The translations under genes and the position numbers were made by a program. Source: a candidate division WOR-3 bacterium (GTDB taxonomy: Bacteria; Hydrothermota; Tepidihabitantia; Tepidihabitantales; Tepidihabitantaceae). From it: a stretch of DNA of 52,907 nucleotides. The notes beneath the pieces were generated by a model. The model was not told the origin of the DNA. It saw only the letters and a list, made by a program, of their open reading frames with translations, and searched no databases. Below are positions 1 through 10,512 of this stretch, piece after piece (position 1 is the first letter of the stretch; the number at the start of each line of letters is the position of its first letter). Location of the stretch: positions 1-52,907 of the forward strand of contig CBFGJX010000020.1 of assembly GCA_965649225.1 (NCBI GenBank). The letters are read 5' to 3'.

Positions 1-1
1 G

Positions 2-406
2 TGGTTCTGGCGCACCGATACCATCGTCACCGGCCTGGCCCCGGCACAAACCAGCTACAACTGGGTCGTACCCGACACGACGTTCACCGCGGGGTGGATT
101 GTCGCGATGGCCTATGGCCCGGGCTGGCAGTACGACCGGTCCGACGCGCCGTTTGCGGTTGTGCCCACCGCGCTGGCTGAGCCGAGCCCGACACCGGGCC
201 GGGCGCCTGCGCTGCCGACGCTGGTCGGCACCCGTCTCCTCCTGCCCGACGACGGGCCGCGCGCCCTGCACGATGCGCTCGGCCGCAGGGTACAGGTCCT
301 GGTCCCGGGCGACAACGACCTCGGTCGCTTGCCGCCCGGCGTGTACTTCCTGCGCCGGGACGACGCGACCAATGCTTGCCCGCACAGGCTGGTGATTGCC
401 CGGTAG
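2..406 (+). CDS. 5'-truncated secreted protein with short C-terminal sorting (T9SS-like) domain
   Basis: The frame is open from the window edge (WFWRTDTIVTGLAPAQTSYNW...). It ends in LHDALGRRVQVLVPGDNDLGRLPPGVYFLR...RLVIAR, the same CTD pattern as 24609..26054. Confidence 0.75.
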   Translation, partial: WFWRTDTIVTGLAPAQTSYNWVVPDTTFTAGWIVAMAYGPGWQYDRSDAPFAVVPTALAEPSPTPGRAPALPTLVGTRLLLPDDGPRALHDALGRRVQVLVPGDNDLGRLPPGVYFLRRDDATNACPHRLVIAR

Positions 407-426
407 AATAGGCCGCTGCCGGGCGC

Positions 427-1092
427 CTAGCCCTGCGCGTGACTGCCGTCGCAGAACGGCTTGTTGCGGGACGAACCGCAGCGGCAGAGCGTGACCCGGT
501 TGCGCGCCTTGTAGCGAAACCCGTCTGCCGCGATGACCGGTATGCGCCCGCGCAGCCAGAGCGGCCCGCTCATCCCGGCCAGCGGGTCTTCGACCAGCGC
601 GATTCCCGGCGCGAGCTTCGGCTCGATGTCCGCGCCGCCCGGCTGTCGCGCCACCAGCCTGCCGGCCGGGCAGTTCTGCGCCTGCCGAATCGCCAGCCGC
701 CGCGCCTCTGGGTCGCGCGACCGCCGGGTGAGAAACCACGTGCCGCTCGAGGCGAGGCAGAACCGGGCCGAGGCGCACAGGGCCGGCGCGTCGGCCAGCC
801 AGACCCCGTGACCGTGCAGCACGCGCGCCTGCTTCTCATACGGCTCGCGCGACGCCGTCTCGGTCCCGTCGAAACCGTGCCGCCCGTGGCTGCCGTCGCA
901 GAAGGGCGGCGTGCTGGTGCGGCCGCAGCGACAGAGCGCGTAGCTCCCCTTGACCGGGATGCGGCCGGCCGTGCGCCAGCCGACCGACTGCTCGCGCTCG
1001 TCGAGCAGAATCCGCATCACCTGCAGTGGCACCCCGCCCGAGACGATGTACGGCCCGTTGACCGTGACTTCGACGCGGCCGGCCGGACGCAC
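427..1092 (-). CDS. CDGSH iron-sulfur domain protein (two CDGSH motifs flanking a divergent ferredoxin-like segment)
   Basis: Contains ALCRCGRTSTPPFCDGSH and TLCRCGSSRNKPFCDGSH, with a central LCASARFC...NCPAGRL. Confidence 0.92.
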   Translation of the reverse strand: MRPAGRVEVTVNGPYIVSGGVPLQVMRILLDEREQSVGWRTAGRIPVKGSYALCRCGRTSTPPFCDGSHGRHGFDGTETASREPYEKQARVLHGHGVWLADAPALCASARFCLASSGTWFLTRRSRDPEARRLAIRQAQNCPAGRLVARQPGGADIEPKLAPGIALVEDPLAGMSGPLWLRGRIPVIAADGFRYKARNRVTLCRCGSSRNKPFCDGSHAQG

Positions 1093-1095
1093 GGC

Positions 1096-3192
1096 CTAGT
1101 CCTCGTCGCGCGCGGCCTTGGCCCGGCGCGCGGCCACGATTTCCTCGGCAATGGCGAACGGCACCGCCTCGTAGTGCTCGAAGTGCATCGTGAAGCTTGC
1201 CTTGCCCTGGCTCATGTTGCGCACGTCGGTCGCATAGCCGAACATCATCGACAGCGGCACCAGCGCCTTGATGACCTTGGCGTTGCCCTGGTCGTCCATC
1301 CCGTGAATCAGCCCGCGCCGGTTGCACAGCGAGCCCATCACCGCGCCTGCCCATTCCTCGGGCGTGACGACATTGACGCTCATCATCGGTTCGAGCAGTT
1401 GCGGGCTGCCCGAGAGGAACGCCCGGCGGAACGCCCGCGCCCCGCAGGTGCGGAACGCGATGTCCGAAGAGTCGACCTCGTGATACGACCCGTCGAGCAG
1501 GGTGACGCGCACGTCGACGACCGGGAATCCGGCGAACGGCCCCTTCTGCATCGCATCGACCACTCCCCGTTCCACCGCCGGGATGTACTCCTTCGGAATG
1601 CGGCCTGAGGTTATCTTGTTGACAAACTCGAAACCGGCGCCGGGCGGCAGCGGCTCGACCGCCATCACCACGTGGGCATACTGGCCCCGGCCCCCGGTCT
1701 GCTTGACGTAGCGCTCGTTGACCTCGGCCGCGGCGGTCATCGTCTCGCGGTAGGCGACCTGGGGCGCGCCCGTGTTCACCTCGACCCCGAACTCGCGCCG
1801 CAGCCGGTCGATGATGATGTCAAGGTGCAGCTCGCCCATTCCCGCGACCACAGTCTCCTCGGTCTCGGCATCGGTGCGCACGACGAAGGTCGGGTCCTCT
1901 TCGGCCAGCCGCGTCAGCGCCGCGCCGAGCTTGTCGCGGTCGGCACGGTCCTTGACTTTCACTGCCACCGACAGCACCGGCGAGGGGAACTCGATCGCCT
2001 CGAGCACTATCGGCGCTTCGCGGATGCAGAGCGTGTCGCCGGTGACGGTGTCGGACAGCCCGACCACCGCCCCGATTTCGCCTGAGTACAGCGCGTCGAC
2101 CATCTCCTGCCGGTTGGCGTGCATCCGCATCAGCCGCCCGACCCGCTGGTCCTTGTCCTGCCGCGAGTTGTAGACATACGACCCGGCCCGCAGTGTGCCG
2201 GAATAAACCCGGACATAGACCAGCTTGCCGACGTGCTTGTCGGTCACAACCTTGAACGCGAGCGCGGCCAGGCGGCCCTCGTCCCAGGGTATCCTGATCA
2301 CCTCCTCGCCGCCGGGATGGACCCCGACCGTCGGCAGCAGGTCCAGCGGGCTGGGCAGGTACGAAACGACCGCGTCGAGCAGCCGCTGGATGCCCTTGTT
2401 CTTGAACGCCGAGCCGCAGATCACCGGGCAGATTTTCTGGTCAATCGTCGCTTTGCGGATTGCCCGCGACAGTTCGCGGCTGCCGATTCTCTCGTCGTGG
2501 AGAAACTTCTCCAGCAGGGTATCGTCAATTTCGGCGACCTTCTCCAAAAGATTCTGTTTCCAGCGGTGCGCAGCATCGGCCATCGCCGCCGGTATCGGTT
2601 CTTCATGCCAGGTCATGCCCTGGTCGGTGTCGTCGTAGTACACCGCCACATCGTCAACCAGATCGACGACGCCGGCAAAACTCTCCTCCTGGCCGATTGG
2701 AATCGTCACCGGCACCGCGTTGGCACCCAGCTCCTCGGCTATCTGTTCGACCACCGAATAGAAGTCGGCCCCGGCCCGGTCCATCTTGTTGACGAAAGCG
2801 ATGCGCGGCACCGAGTACTTCTCGGCCTGACGCCAGACTGTCTCTGACTGCGGCTCAACCCCGCCGACGGCGCAGAACAATCCAATCACCCCGTCCAGCA
2901 CGCGCAGACTGCGCTCGACCTCAACCGTAAAATCAACGTGGCCCGGGGTGTCAATCAGATTAATCTGATGGTCACGCCAGACCGTTGTCGTTGCCGCCGA
3001 GGTAATCGTTATGCCCCGTTCCTGCTCCTGCGGCATCCAGTCCATCACCGCCGAACCCTCATGCACCTCCCCCAGCTTGTGAGTCCGGCCGGTGTAGTAA
3101 AGAATCCGCTCCGAAACGGTGGTCTTGCCGGCATCGATGTGAGCCATGATGCCGATGTTGCGTACCCGCTCCAATGGAAATTGTCTGCCCAT
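1096..3192 (-). CDS. fusA: Elongation factor G
   Basis: 698 aa with [42 protein letters not shown] and GGRGQY motifs. RBS AGGAG upstream. Confidence 0.97.
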   Translation of the reverse strand: MGRQFPLERVRNIGIMAHIDAGKTTVSERILYYTGRTHKLGEVHEGSAVMDWMPQEQERGITITSAATTTVWRDHQINLIDTPGHVDFTVEVERSLRVLDGVIGLFCAVGGVEPQSETVWRQAEKYSVPRIAFVNKMDRAGADFYSVVEQIAEELGANAVPVTIPIGQEESFAGVVDLVDDVAVYYDDTDQGMTWHEEPIPAAMADAAHRWKQNLLEKVAEIDDTLLEKFLHDERIGSRELSRAIRKATIDQKICPVICGSAFKNKGIQRLLDAVVSYLPSPLDLLPTVGVHPGGEEVIRIPWDEGRLAALAFKVVTDKHVGKLVYVRVYSGTLRAGSYVYNSRQDKDQRVGRLMRMHANRQEMVDALYSGEIGAVVGLSDTVTGDTLCIREAPIVLEAIEFPSPVLSVAVKVKDRADRDKLGAALTRLAEEDPTFVVRTDAETEETVVAGMGELHLDIIIDRLRREFGVEVNTGAPQVAYRETMTAAAEVNERYVKQTGGRGQYAHVVMAVEPLPPGAGFEFVNKITSGRIPKEYIPAVERGVVDAMQKGPFAGFPVVDVRVTLLDGSYHEVDSSDIAFRTCGARAFRRAFLSGSPQLLEPMMSVNVVTPEEWAGAVMGSLCNRRGLIHGMDDQGNAKVIKALVPLSMMFGYATDVRNMSQGKASFTMHFEHYEAVPFAIAEEIVAARRAKAARDED

Positions 3193-3284
3193 TATATTCT
3201 CCTGTGAGTCCTGCGCTGTCCGCTGACTACCGAATCTGAATCCTGTTCCGAGTGCAAATCAACCGGGAATCAGGCATCCACACC

Positions 3285-4103
3285 CTACAGCCCCCGCAGT
3301 TTCGCACCAAACTCCCGCGCCTCGCGCTGACTGCGGGCAATGCAGCCCAGAAACCGGTCGAAACCGCCGGCGCTGAGCCGAAAGTCGCCGTTGCAGATTA
3401 CTACCAGACCCCGGCTGACGCAATCAAACAGGTCGTCTTCGCTGCGCAGCATCCGGACATAGGTGCCGAGGTCGGTTACCGGCCGTTTGGTATCGCTGTC
3501 CAGCACGAACCCGACCAAGACCAGCGGGTCGGTACGAATGACAATCTTCAACCCGGGCGGAAAGTCGCCTTTCGGTGGCAGCAGGTCTGTTTTCAGCACA
3601 TTCTCCGGTCTCAGCAGGCGGTCAATATCAAGCTCGGAAGTAAATCCGAGCCGGTTGGCAATCACGCCCATGCCGACATTCTGAAACTCAATGTCGGTAT
3701 CGCCCGGCTTTATCAGCCGTACCATCCGGATCCGAAAACTCGCCCGGCGCTGGACCGTCAGCAGTCGACGAAACCCAACCAGCGTCATCAATGACGCCAG
3801 TCCCCGGCGCCGGTATTCCGGCTTGACTCCCACGTCCCAGAGCACCGCCGTTTCCCGGTTGCCTCCACGCTCAATATGACACTCGCCGACTACCGAACCA
3901 TAATGGTAAAGGGTAATCCGGCACTCGACCGGATTCAGAAGCACTGCTATCTCCAGACTCTCGCCGGCAAGCGAACCGCTGCGCAGAATCAGGTGGCTGT
4001 CGTCCTGCCAGTCAAAATCCGGGCCAAAGGCAAGCGGCTGCCAGATGAAACGGCGAGTCCTGCGACCGAGCAACCGGGCCAGCCAGTGCTCTTCGCTGCT
4101 CAT
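3285..4103 (-). CDS. Hypothetical protein with GNAT-like acetyl-CoA-binding motif
   Basis: VLWDVGVKPEYRRRGLASLM resembles GNAT motif A. The ATG at 4103 is preferred over the upstream alternative start. Confidence 0.6.
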   Translation of the reverse strand: MSSEEHWLARLLGRRTRRFIWQPLAFGPDFDWQDDSHLILRSGSLAGESLEIAVLLNPVECRITLYHYGSVVGECHIERGGNRETAVLWDVGVKPEYRRRGLASLMTLVGFRRLLTVQRRASFRIRMVRLIKPGDTDIEFQNVGMGVIANRLGFTSELDIDRLLRPENVLKTDLLPPKGDFPPGLKIVIRTDPLVLVGFVLDSDTKRPVTDLGTYVRMLRSEDDLFDCVSRGLVVICNGDFRLSAGGFDRFLGCIARSQREAREFGAKLRGL

Positions 4104-4196
4104 CTCTGTCCCGCCGCTGGCGTCCGGAATCCGCAATCACCTTCTTTCATCATCGGCTATCCTACCCGCCGGTATCGGCCGGTCAACCGGCACGAT

Positions 4197-4224
4197 TTGA
4201 CAACTGCCGCTGTATCGCTATCCT
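4197..4224 (+). promoter_or_regulatory. sigma70-type promoter of tRNA-Asp
   Basis: TTGACA-16 bp-TATCCT, ending 9 nt before the tRNA 5' end. Confidence 0.7.
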
Positions 4225-4233
4225 TGCCCACGA

Positions 4234-4309
4234 GGGCTCGTAGTGTAGCTTGGTTTAACACGTCGCCCTGTCACGGCGAAGACCGCCGGTTCAAATCCGG
4301 TCGAGCCCG
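4234..4309 (+). tRNA. tRNA-Asp (GTC), CCA not encoded
   Basis: Acceptor stem GGGCTCG/CGAGCCC, anticodon arm TCGCC-CTGTCAC-GGCGA, T arm GCCGG-TTCAAAT-CCGGT, discriminator G followed by CTT. Confidence 0.96.
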
Positions 4310-4310
4310 C

Positions 4311-5135
4311 TTGGTTCTCTGCGGCCGCTGTACGGTACTGGCCACCGGCCTGATGCTGGCAGCGGCCGTTGCCTTTGCCCGTCCCGGCTTTCGCGACAGC
4401 TACGAGCTCGGCCGCCGGACCCACGAGTTCAATCAAGCCCTTGCCGCCGGTGACGCGCGGGCAATTTACCGGCTTTTCAATCCGGCTTTCCGAAGCGAAA
4501 TCCCCTTTGCCCGGTTCGACTCGGCTTTTCAAAACTGGCTGGCCGGACGCCGCATCCGCCGCGTCGGCCGCCGCATCATCGACATCCGTCCCCCTTCTTC
4601 CGCTGTTTCGGTTTACTACTATTTTCAGGGCGAGCGCGACTACGGTTACCTCTATCAGAACTGGATCTACAACCAGAGCCGCTGGGAACTGGCCTGGGTC
4701 AGTCGAATCCTTGACAACTCCTTCCAGTACGGGCAGTCCGACACTGCCGGCATGCGTTCGGCGGTCGAAACTGCCCTGCGCTGGCTGGCCGGCCCCGAAG
4801 GCCTGGCCGTGTTCCGCTCCCGACTGCTCAAGCCGGCGGTGATTGTAATGCTGCGCCGGGGTCTGCCGGGCGAAGGCGAACTCACCGTGCCCGGCTCCAG
4901 CGTTGTCTGGGTAACCAGCCGCGACATCCGCAACCCCGCTCAACTGCCACCGGTCCCGCACTACTACGCGCTGGCGCTGGTGCGGTTGATGGACTCGGTC
5001 GCTCAGGTAAGCTTTGATCTCTATCCTACCGACCCGGCCAATCCCGGCCGTCTTGGCCGCCACCGTTCAGTCGAAATTTTTCTCACCCGCCGCAACGGCG
5101 GCTGGACCTTTGCTTCGCGCGGCCGAATCTGGTGA
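4311..5135 (+). CDS. Hypothetical exported protein (NTF2-like N-terminal region possible)
   Basis: Signal-peptide-like VLATGLMLAAAVAFA. Start is uncertain (TTG 4311 or ATG 4353). The stop overlaps the next gene (GTGA). Confidence 0.7.
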   Translation: MVLCGRCTVLATGLMLAAAVAFARPGFRDSYELGRRTHEFNQALAAGDARAIYRLFNPAFRSEIPFARFDSAFQNWLAGRRIRRVGRRIIDIRPPSSAVSVYYYFQGERDYGYLYQNWIYNQSRWELAWVSRILDNSFQYGQSDTAGMRSAVETALRWLAGPEGLAVFRSRLLKPAVIVMLRRGLPGEGELTVPGSSVVWVTSRDIRNPAQLPPVPHYYALALVRLMDSVAQVSFDLYPTDPANPGRLGRHRSVEIFLTRRNGGWTFASRGRIW

Positions 5136-7090
5136 AAACAATCCGCACAATTCTGGTATTCGCACTCCTGACCCTCTGCGCCTGTCCGGGCGATACCACC
5201 CCGCCAACTGCCGTTATCATCAGTCCGACCGACGGCTCGACTGTTTCGGGCCTCGTGCTGGTCTCGTGCCAGACATCGGACAACCGCTCAGTCAGAGCGG
5301 TCGAATTTTATGTCAACGACACGCTGCGCTGCCGGGTCACCGCCGACAGCGCGGGAATCTTCGCCTGGCAATGGGACACCCGTCCTCTCGACCTCGGCTC
5401 CCGCCAGACTCTGCACTGTGTCGCCAGTGATGCCGTCGGCAACCGCGGACCATCCAATCCCGTGGTCGTGACAATCGGCACTGCCGCTGCAACATCTCAC
5501 TCCGGCACAATCACGACTCCGGAAACCTGGTCGCCAGTCGATAATCCTCACTTCATCGCGGGCAATCTGGCAGTGGAATCCCGCCTGACCATCCTGCCCG
5601 GCACACGAATCTGGATTGCCGCCGGCACTAAAATCACGGTTGGCACCCGCTTTCCGGCCGGCCTCGACGCAATCGGCCGACCCGACTCCGTTATCATTGT
5701 TGCCGCGCTCGACTCCAGTTTGCCCTGGCGTTCTTTTGAATTCAAAAACCAGACTGTCAACTCAACTCTCCAGCAATGTTCGTTCAGTCACGGCGGCGCC
5801 GATGCTGTGGCCATGATCAGTTGTGCCTCTCCGCTCGTCGCCATCCGTGATTGTCAGCTGCGCGCCAGTCGGTCAAACGGCATCTGGGCCGACTCAACCC
5901 TCAGCGCCTTCGAGCGCAACCGGATATCCGACTGCGCCGGCCTGCCGGTGCGCGTCGGTTTGGCCGGCCTGAGTTCAATCGGCAGCGGCAATCTGTTCGC
6001 TGGCAATCACCGCAATGCCGTGGCGGTCGGCGGCGGTCGGGTTACCAGCAGCGACACCTGGCCGGCGCCGGGATATCCGCTCTATTTCACCGGCACGGTT
6101 ACCATCGCCGGACCAGCCCGGCCGCTGATTGTCATCGCCCCGGGCTGCTCACTGCTCTTCGCCGACACGGCCCGGCTCCGTGTCGGACTCGCTGCACCCG
6201 GTGGCCTCCGGGCCGACGGCGCCTATGGCCGGATTGTCTTCTCCACTTTTGCCGCCCCGCCCGGCCCCGGCCGCTGGGGCGGAATCGAGTTCTGGGAACA
6301 GACCGACTCGCTTCGCAGCCTGCTGCGCCTGTGCACCATTGAATATGCCGGTGCCGGCGGTTCGGCCGCTGTCAGTCTTGTCGGCGCACCGACAGTAATT
6401 TCCAACTGCATCATCCGAGCCAGCGCCGGCGATGGAGTCCAGTGTCTTGGCACCGGTCCCCGGCAGTTTGACTACAACACTGTCACAAGCTGCGGCGGCC
6501 CGCCTCTGCGCCTGCCTGCTGACCGGGTCAGCACCTTGGGCCCCGGCAACTCGCTTGGGGGCAACGCTCGCGACGTTGTAGCAGTGACAGCCACTCCAAT
6601 CCGCCAGCGTTCGGAATGGCGCAATCTGCGCATCCCCTACGCCATCAGCGGCATAATTGATGTCGGCGCTTCCGAACCGGCAACATTGCTGATTGAGCAG
6701 GGCAGTACCCTGAACTTTGAACCCGGCGCCGGCCTGCGCGTCGGCTATGGCAGCAGCGGTGAGCTGGTCGCCATCGGCGACCCCGACTCGATTGTCTTCA
6801 CCGGCACCAGTACCCAACCCGGCCACTGGCGCGGCATCGAACTGCACCCCGGCTGCCTCAACACCGCCCGGCTTGAACGTTGTCGCATACTCTACGCTGG
6901 CAGCGGCGACCGTGGCAACCTGCTGATTGCCGGCTGTGAACCAGTCGTCCGATCGTGTGAGATCGCCTGGTCGAGCAATTACTGCATCTGGTTACAGGAG
7001 TCTGAGCTCGACGCCGACAGTCTGCGCCACTATAACTGGCTGCATGACTGGGCGTCCGGTTTTGAGGATATCTACGACGACGGCCGTTAG
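5132..7090 (+). CDS. Lipoprotein with Ig-like domain and repeated right-handed beta-helix modules
   Basis: Lipobox-like LLTLCAC, then DTTPPTAVIISPTDGSTVSG...VEFYVND (bacterial Ig). Three ~190-aa repeats carry LxIxPG...VG...LxAxG...W.GIEF motifs. Confidence 0.8.
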   Translation: MKTIRTILVFALLTLCACPGDTTPPTAVIISPTDGSTVSGLVLVSCQTSDNRSVRAVEFYVNDTLRCRVTADSAGIFAWQWDTRPLDLGSRQTLHCVASDAVGNRGPSNPVVVTIGTAAATSHSGTITTPETWSPVDNPHFIAGNLAVESRLTILPGTRIWIAAGTKITVGTRFPAGLDAIGRPDSVIIVAALDSSLPWRSFEFKNQTVNSTLQQCSFSHGGADAVAMISCASPLVAIRDCQLRASRSNGIWADSTLSAFERNRISDCAGLPVRVGLAGLSSIGSGNLFAGNHRNAVAVGGGRVTSSDTWPAPGYPLYFTGTVTIAGPARPLIVIAPGCSLLFADTARLRVGLAAPGGLRADGAYGRIVFSTFAAPPGPGRWGGIEFWEQTDSLRSLLRLCTIEYAGAGGSAAVSLVGAPTVISNCIIRASAGDGVQCLGTGPRQFDYNTVTSCGGPPLRLPADRVSTLGPGNSLGGNARDVVAVTATPIRQRSEWRNLRIPYAISGIIDVGASEPATLLIEQGSTLNFEPGAGLRVGYGSSGELVAIGDPDSIVFTGTSTQPGHWRGIELHPGCLNTARLERCRILYAGSGDRGNLLIAGCEPVVRSCEIAWSSNYCIWLQESELDADSLRHYNWLHDWASGFEDIYDDGR

Positions 7091-8349
7091 AGCCCGGCGA
7101 CTATCTCCTCGTAGAGCATCAGCAGCTGACTTTCCAGCACCTGGATATCGGCCACCACCCGGGCCAGTTTCTCCTGGCTTTCCCGCGTCCCCACCCGCAC
7201 CCGGCTGAGTTCGATACCGTTGAGTTTGCTGATGATCGCGGTGTTGTAGCCGATTGCCTCGGCAAGCAGTTCGGCCTGATCGGGCAGGGCGTCGCGCATA
7301 TCGGCAAGGAAGCGGTTCGCGCTCTCCTTGTTGGCGATTAAATCAATTACCAGCTTGTCAAAGCATGCCTGGCTCTGCTCGCCGCATTCCGGACAGAACG
7401 GCACCGAGTCCAGCGCCCCAATCCAGACATCATAGGCAGCCAGTCCCGACTGCCAGCCGCTGTCGGAATAGGCTTGACCCATTTCCAACGCCTGTACCAG
7501 CGCCGCTCTCAACATCGCCTCCGGCTCAGGCAGGTCGTTAGCCGTCCGCCGCACGACATAAGCCTCCACTATGTCGCCCGTGACCGGCTGCTCATCGGCC
7601 AGACCCGCAGTGTAGCCATAGAAAAGCGAATCGTCGTCCTCGTAGCGGACGACCACGCCCCAGTACGGGTCCGCCTCATCCGGCCAGCCACCGTGGATCA
7701 GCACAATCCGTCCCCGGTCCAGCTCATCGCGAATCAACCCGACCAGACCGGCACGAGTCGAATCCGCTGTCGAGTCGCCCAAGCCAAAAGCATAGAGCGT
7801 TTGGAACTCAAGCCCGTACTGCTGTTCCACAGCATCAAGATACTCACCGGCCAGTGCATTCACCCACCACGACCGACAGACATCGGGATTGGCGGTAAAG
7901 GCAAAGCTCTCACTGGTCAAGGCTGCCAGCCAGTCATACTCGGCAATCACCCCGAAATGGTTCAGGATGTCTTCAAGCGCCAGAGCGAGGCTGGCCGGGT
8001 AACGTCCGGCGTCGGGAACAATCCCCAGCGGCCCGGGTCGCACATTCAGGCGGATTTCTTCATCACCGCGCAGCACCACCAGCGGCACACTGGCTGTTGT
8101 GCTGTCGACACCGATCATCGCCCGGGTGAGCTCGTCGTTGTTCTCGACCAAGATATTGTTGTATGAAACTATCACATCGCCCGACTGGATACCGAGCGAC
8201 TCAGCCTGCGAACGTGGTGTCACCCGCCACACCGCGGGTCGACCGATCCGGGCATAGGTCGAACCTAGCGGCGTCCCCGGTTCCGGTCGGCTGCATCCAG
8301 CCACCACCAGCAATGCTGCAAGCCCGATGAAAACTATCCGCATCGGCAT
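7087..8349 (-). CDS. PDZ-domain lipoprotein
   Basis: Lipobox VVAGC. VTPRSQAESLGIQSGDVIVSYNN...VLRGDE is PDZ-like. A CPEC motif lies near the C-terminus. Confidence 0.75.
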   Translation of the reverse strand: MPMRIVFIGLAALLVVAGCSRPEPGTPLGSTYARIGRPAVWRVTPRSQAESLGIQSGDVIVSYNNILVENNDELTRAMIGVDSTTASVPLVVLRGDEEIRLNVRPGPLGIVPDAGRYPASLALALEDILNHFGVIAEYDWLAALTSESFAFTANPDVCRSWWVNALAGEYLDAVEQQYGLEFQTLYAFGLGDSTADSTRAGLVGLIRDELDRGRIVLIHGGWPDEADPYWGVVVRYEDDDSLFYGYTAGLADEQPVTGDIVEAYVVRRTANDLPEPEAMLRAALVQALEMGQAYSDSGWQSGLAAYDVWIGALDSVPFCPECGEQSQACFDKLVIDLIANKESANRFLADMRDALPDQAELLAEAIGYNTAIISKLNGIELSRVRVGTRESQEKLARVVADIQVLESQLLMLYEEIVAGL

Positions 8350-8442
8350 CTCCTTGTCAGCCTCAGGCTTCGTTCACAAACTTGCGTCCCAACCGATTAT
8401 GGCGATCAACCCTTCCCGATGCAAGCACGACGGTGGGCCGGT

Positions 8443-9474
8443 CTAACGCGGTTTGACCGCAGAAATCGGTTCGCAGAGATGAGACGGCGCCTCCAGCTTG
8501 GCCGCAATATCGGCCAGCCCTGAGCAAACATCCTGTGCCTGCTGATCGGTAAACTGACTCTCGGCCAGCCGGGGCCAGCACCAGCGGGCCAGCGTTCCGG
8601 CCGAGTAGGTCGAGCGCACGGCAACAAAGCCGATTTCTTCCAGCGTCTGCTTCATCGTCTCGGCGGTAAAAAGCTCGATCTCGTAGTAGTGAGCGCTCTG
8701 AATGTGGGCCCGGTTGCGCTCGAGAAACTGCAGTCCGATTTCGCTGTTCTGGGTCGGGTTCGGCCCCAGCCGACCGACCAGATCCTCGAGCTTGCGGAAC
8801 TCCTCGGCCATCTCCGGCGTCGCCGGAAATTTCACCAGGTAGTTGCGCTCCCAGGCCGGCCCGGTATGCCTCAGGACGTAGTGATAACCAAACGAGTCTT
8901 CGGTTCGGGTGGTGAACATCCGTTCGGTGTAGCCCTTCTCCTGCGTTTCCGAACCCTCATAAACCACCCGCAGCCGACCACCCGGCCGCAGCACACGAAA
9001 TACCTCGCTCAGCGCCTTCAGCGGGTCCTCGGTCTGCTCAATCGAACCCGCGGCAACCACTGCGTCGAAACTGGCCGGGCGGAAGTCGAGTGCAGTTGCA
9101 CTCATCTGCCGGACCGAAGCGTTACTGATGCCCAGCCGGGCGATATTGTCATTGATGCAGGCGACCCGTCGTGGCGACGCTTCAACCCCGACAATCGTCT
9201 TGCAGAACGGTGCCAGCCGCAGCATCGGCCAGCCATCGCCGGGACCGATATCCAGCACCTCCTGCGCCCCGGCCAGATGGACGACAAAATCCCTTATCTG
9301 GGCTTCGTCGATGAAATGCTCGGCCTTGCGGTAATCGACCGGAACATCAATCACCGGCAGCCGTCCGCCGCCCTGTCGTTCAAGCCGGTCGAAAGTCTGT
9401 CGGGCGCTGTCGGACTCGGTCGGTTTGGTTTCGTTAACTATCCAGGTTTCAAGAACGCTGTACTTCTTTGCCAT
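8443..9474 (-). CDS. Class I SAM-dependent methyltransferase
   Basis: VLDIGPGDG, VGVEAS, FDAVV and EVFRVLRPGG motifs. Confidence 0.88.
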   Translation of the reverse strand: MAKKYSVLETWIVNETKPTESDSARQTFDRLERQGGGRLPVIDVPVDYRKAEHFIDEAQIRDFVVHLAGAQEVLDIGPGDGWPMLRLAPFCKTIVGVEASPRRVACINDNIARLGISNASVRQMSATALDFRPASFDAVVAAGSIEQTEDPLKALSEVFRVLRPGGRLRVVYEGSETQEKGYTERMFTTRTEDSFGYHYVLRHTGPAWERNYLVKFPATPEMAEEFRKLEDLVGRLGPNPTQNSEIGLQFLERNRAHIQSAHYYEIELFTAETMKQTLEEIGFVAVRSTYSAGTLARWCWPRLAESQFTDQQAQDVCSGLADIAAKLEAPSHLCEPISAVKPR

Positions 9475-9482
9475 TGCGGGCA

Positions 9483-9510
9483 ATCATATCGCCGGCCTCA
9501 GCCAAGTCAA
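9483..9510 (-). promoter_or_regulatory. sigma70-type promoter, probably leaderless transcript
   Basis: Minus strand reads TTGACT-16 bp-TATGAT-8 nt-ATG(9474), with no SD sequence. Confidence 0.65.
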
Positions 9511-9603
9511 GGCAACCGATTGGGTTGCATCGCAACCAGCCCGCCCTACAATGGCTGTGGGGTCTGGTCCGCGAACTTAAACGCTCACCATCAGGAGGTA
9601 GCA

Positions 9604-10512
9604 ATGTACGCCCTCATTGCAGTAATAATCATGGTTCTGCTCGGCCTGATCGTCGCCTCACGCCAGAGTGTCGCCGCACGCGCCCTGTTGCGCCGCGTCC
9701 GCACCGGCGGCTTGATTCTTATCCTGTTGCTGGTTGGGCTGTCGTTTTTCCGGATAGTACCGCCCGGTCATGTCGGCGTGCCGGTACTTCTGGGCCGGGT
9801 CCAGCGCCAGCTGCGCAGCGGACTCAACATCGTCGTGCCGATTGTCAATGTCGTGCTGATGGACGTCCGCACCAACGCCTACACGATGTCCAGCGTCAAG
9901 GAAGAAGGCCAGGTCAAAGGCGACGACGCCATCGAGGCACTCGCGGCCGACGGCCTCACTGTCCAGCTCGATGTCACGGTCTGGTATCACCTCAGCGAGT
10001 CGGCGGCCAGCTGGGTTTATGAAAACATCGGACCCGACTACACCGCCAAAATCGTCCGGCCCTCAATCCGCACCGCCCTGCGCGACGCCGCGTCGCGATT
10101 CACCGCTACCGAGCTCTATTCGGCCGGCGGCCGCACCGTGTACACCGCCGCGGTCGACTCCCTGCTCGACGAAGCCTTCACGGGCAAGGGCATCATCCGC
10201 GAACGCGTGCTCCTGCGCCGGGTCAAGCTGCCCGACATCGTGATGACCGCCATCGAGCAGAAGCTTGCCGAGGAGCAGAACGCCCAGAAGATGCAGTTCA
10301 CGCTGGAGAAGGAGCGCAAGGAAGCCGAGCGCAAGGCGGTCGAGGCGCAGGGCATCGCCACGGCCAACCGCACCATCGCCGGCTCGCTGACCAACAGCTA
10401 CCTGACCTGGTACTACGTCGAGATGCTGCGCAACGTCGCCAACTCGCAGAACAACACCTTCGTCATCCTGCCCTTCGACCAGAAGCTGACGCCGCTGTTG
10501 AACGTGAAGTGA
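9604..10512 (+). CDS. SPFH/prohibitin (band 7) family membrane protein
   Basis: AGGAGG RBS before ATG 9604. N-terminal TM helices, IVPPGHVGV, DGLTVQLDVTVWY and AIEQKLAEEQ...EAERKAVEAQGIA. Confidence 0.92.
   Translation: MYALIAVIIMVLLGLIVASRQSVAARALLRRVRTGGLILILLLVGLSFFRIVPPGHVGVPVLLGRVQRQLRSGLNIVVPIVNVVLMDVRTNAYTMSSVKEEGQVKGDDAIEALAADGLTVQLDVTVWYHLSESAASWVYENIGPDYTAKIVRPSIRTALRDAASRFTATELYSAGGRTVYTAAVDSLLDEAFTGKGIIRERVLLRRVKLPDIVMTAIEQKLAEEQNAQKMQFTLEKERKEAERKAVEAQGIATANRTIAGSLTNSYLTWYYVEMLRNVANSQNNTFVILPFDQKLTPLLNVK

Noticed and set aside
3876..4310. N-terminal extension of track ORF 3876..5135
   Set aside because: It runs through tRNA-Asp and is antisense to another CDS. The real start is after the tRNA.
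8689..9603. N-terminal extension of track ORF 8689..10512
   Set aside because: It is antisense to the methyltransferase. The SPFH gene has a clear RBS and ATG at 9604.
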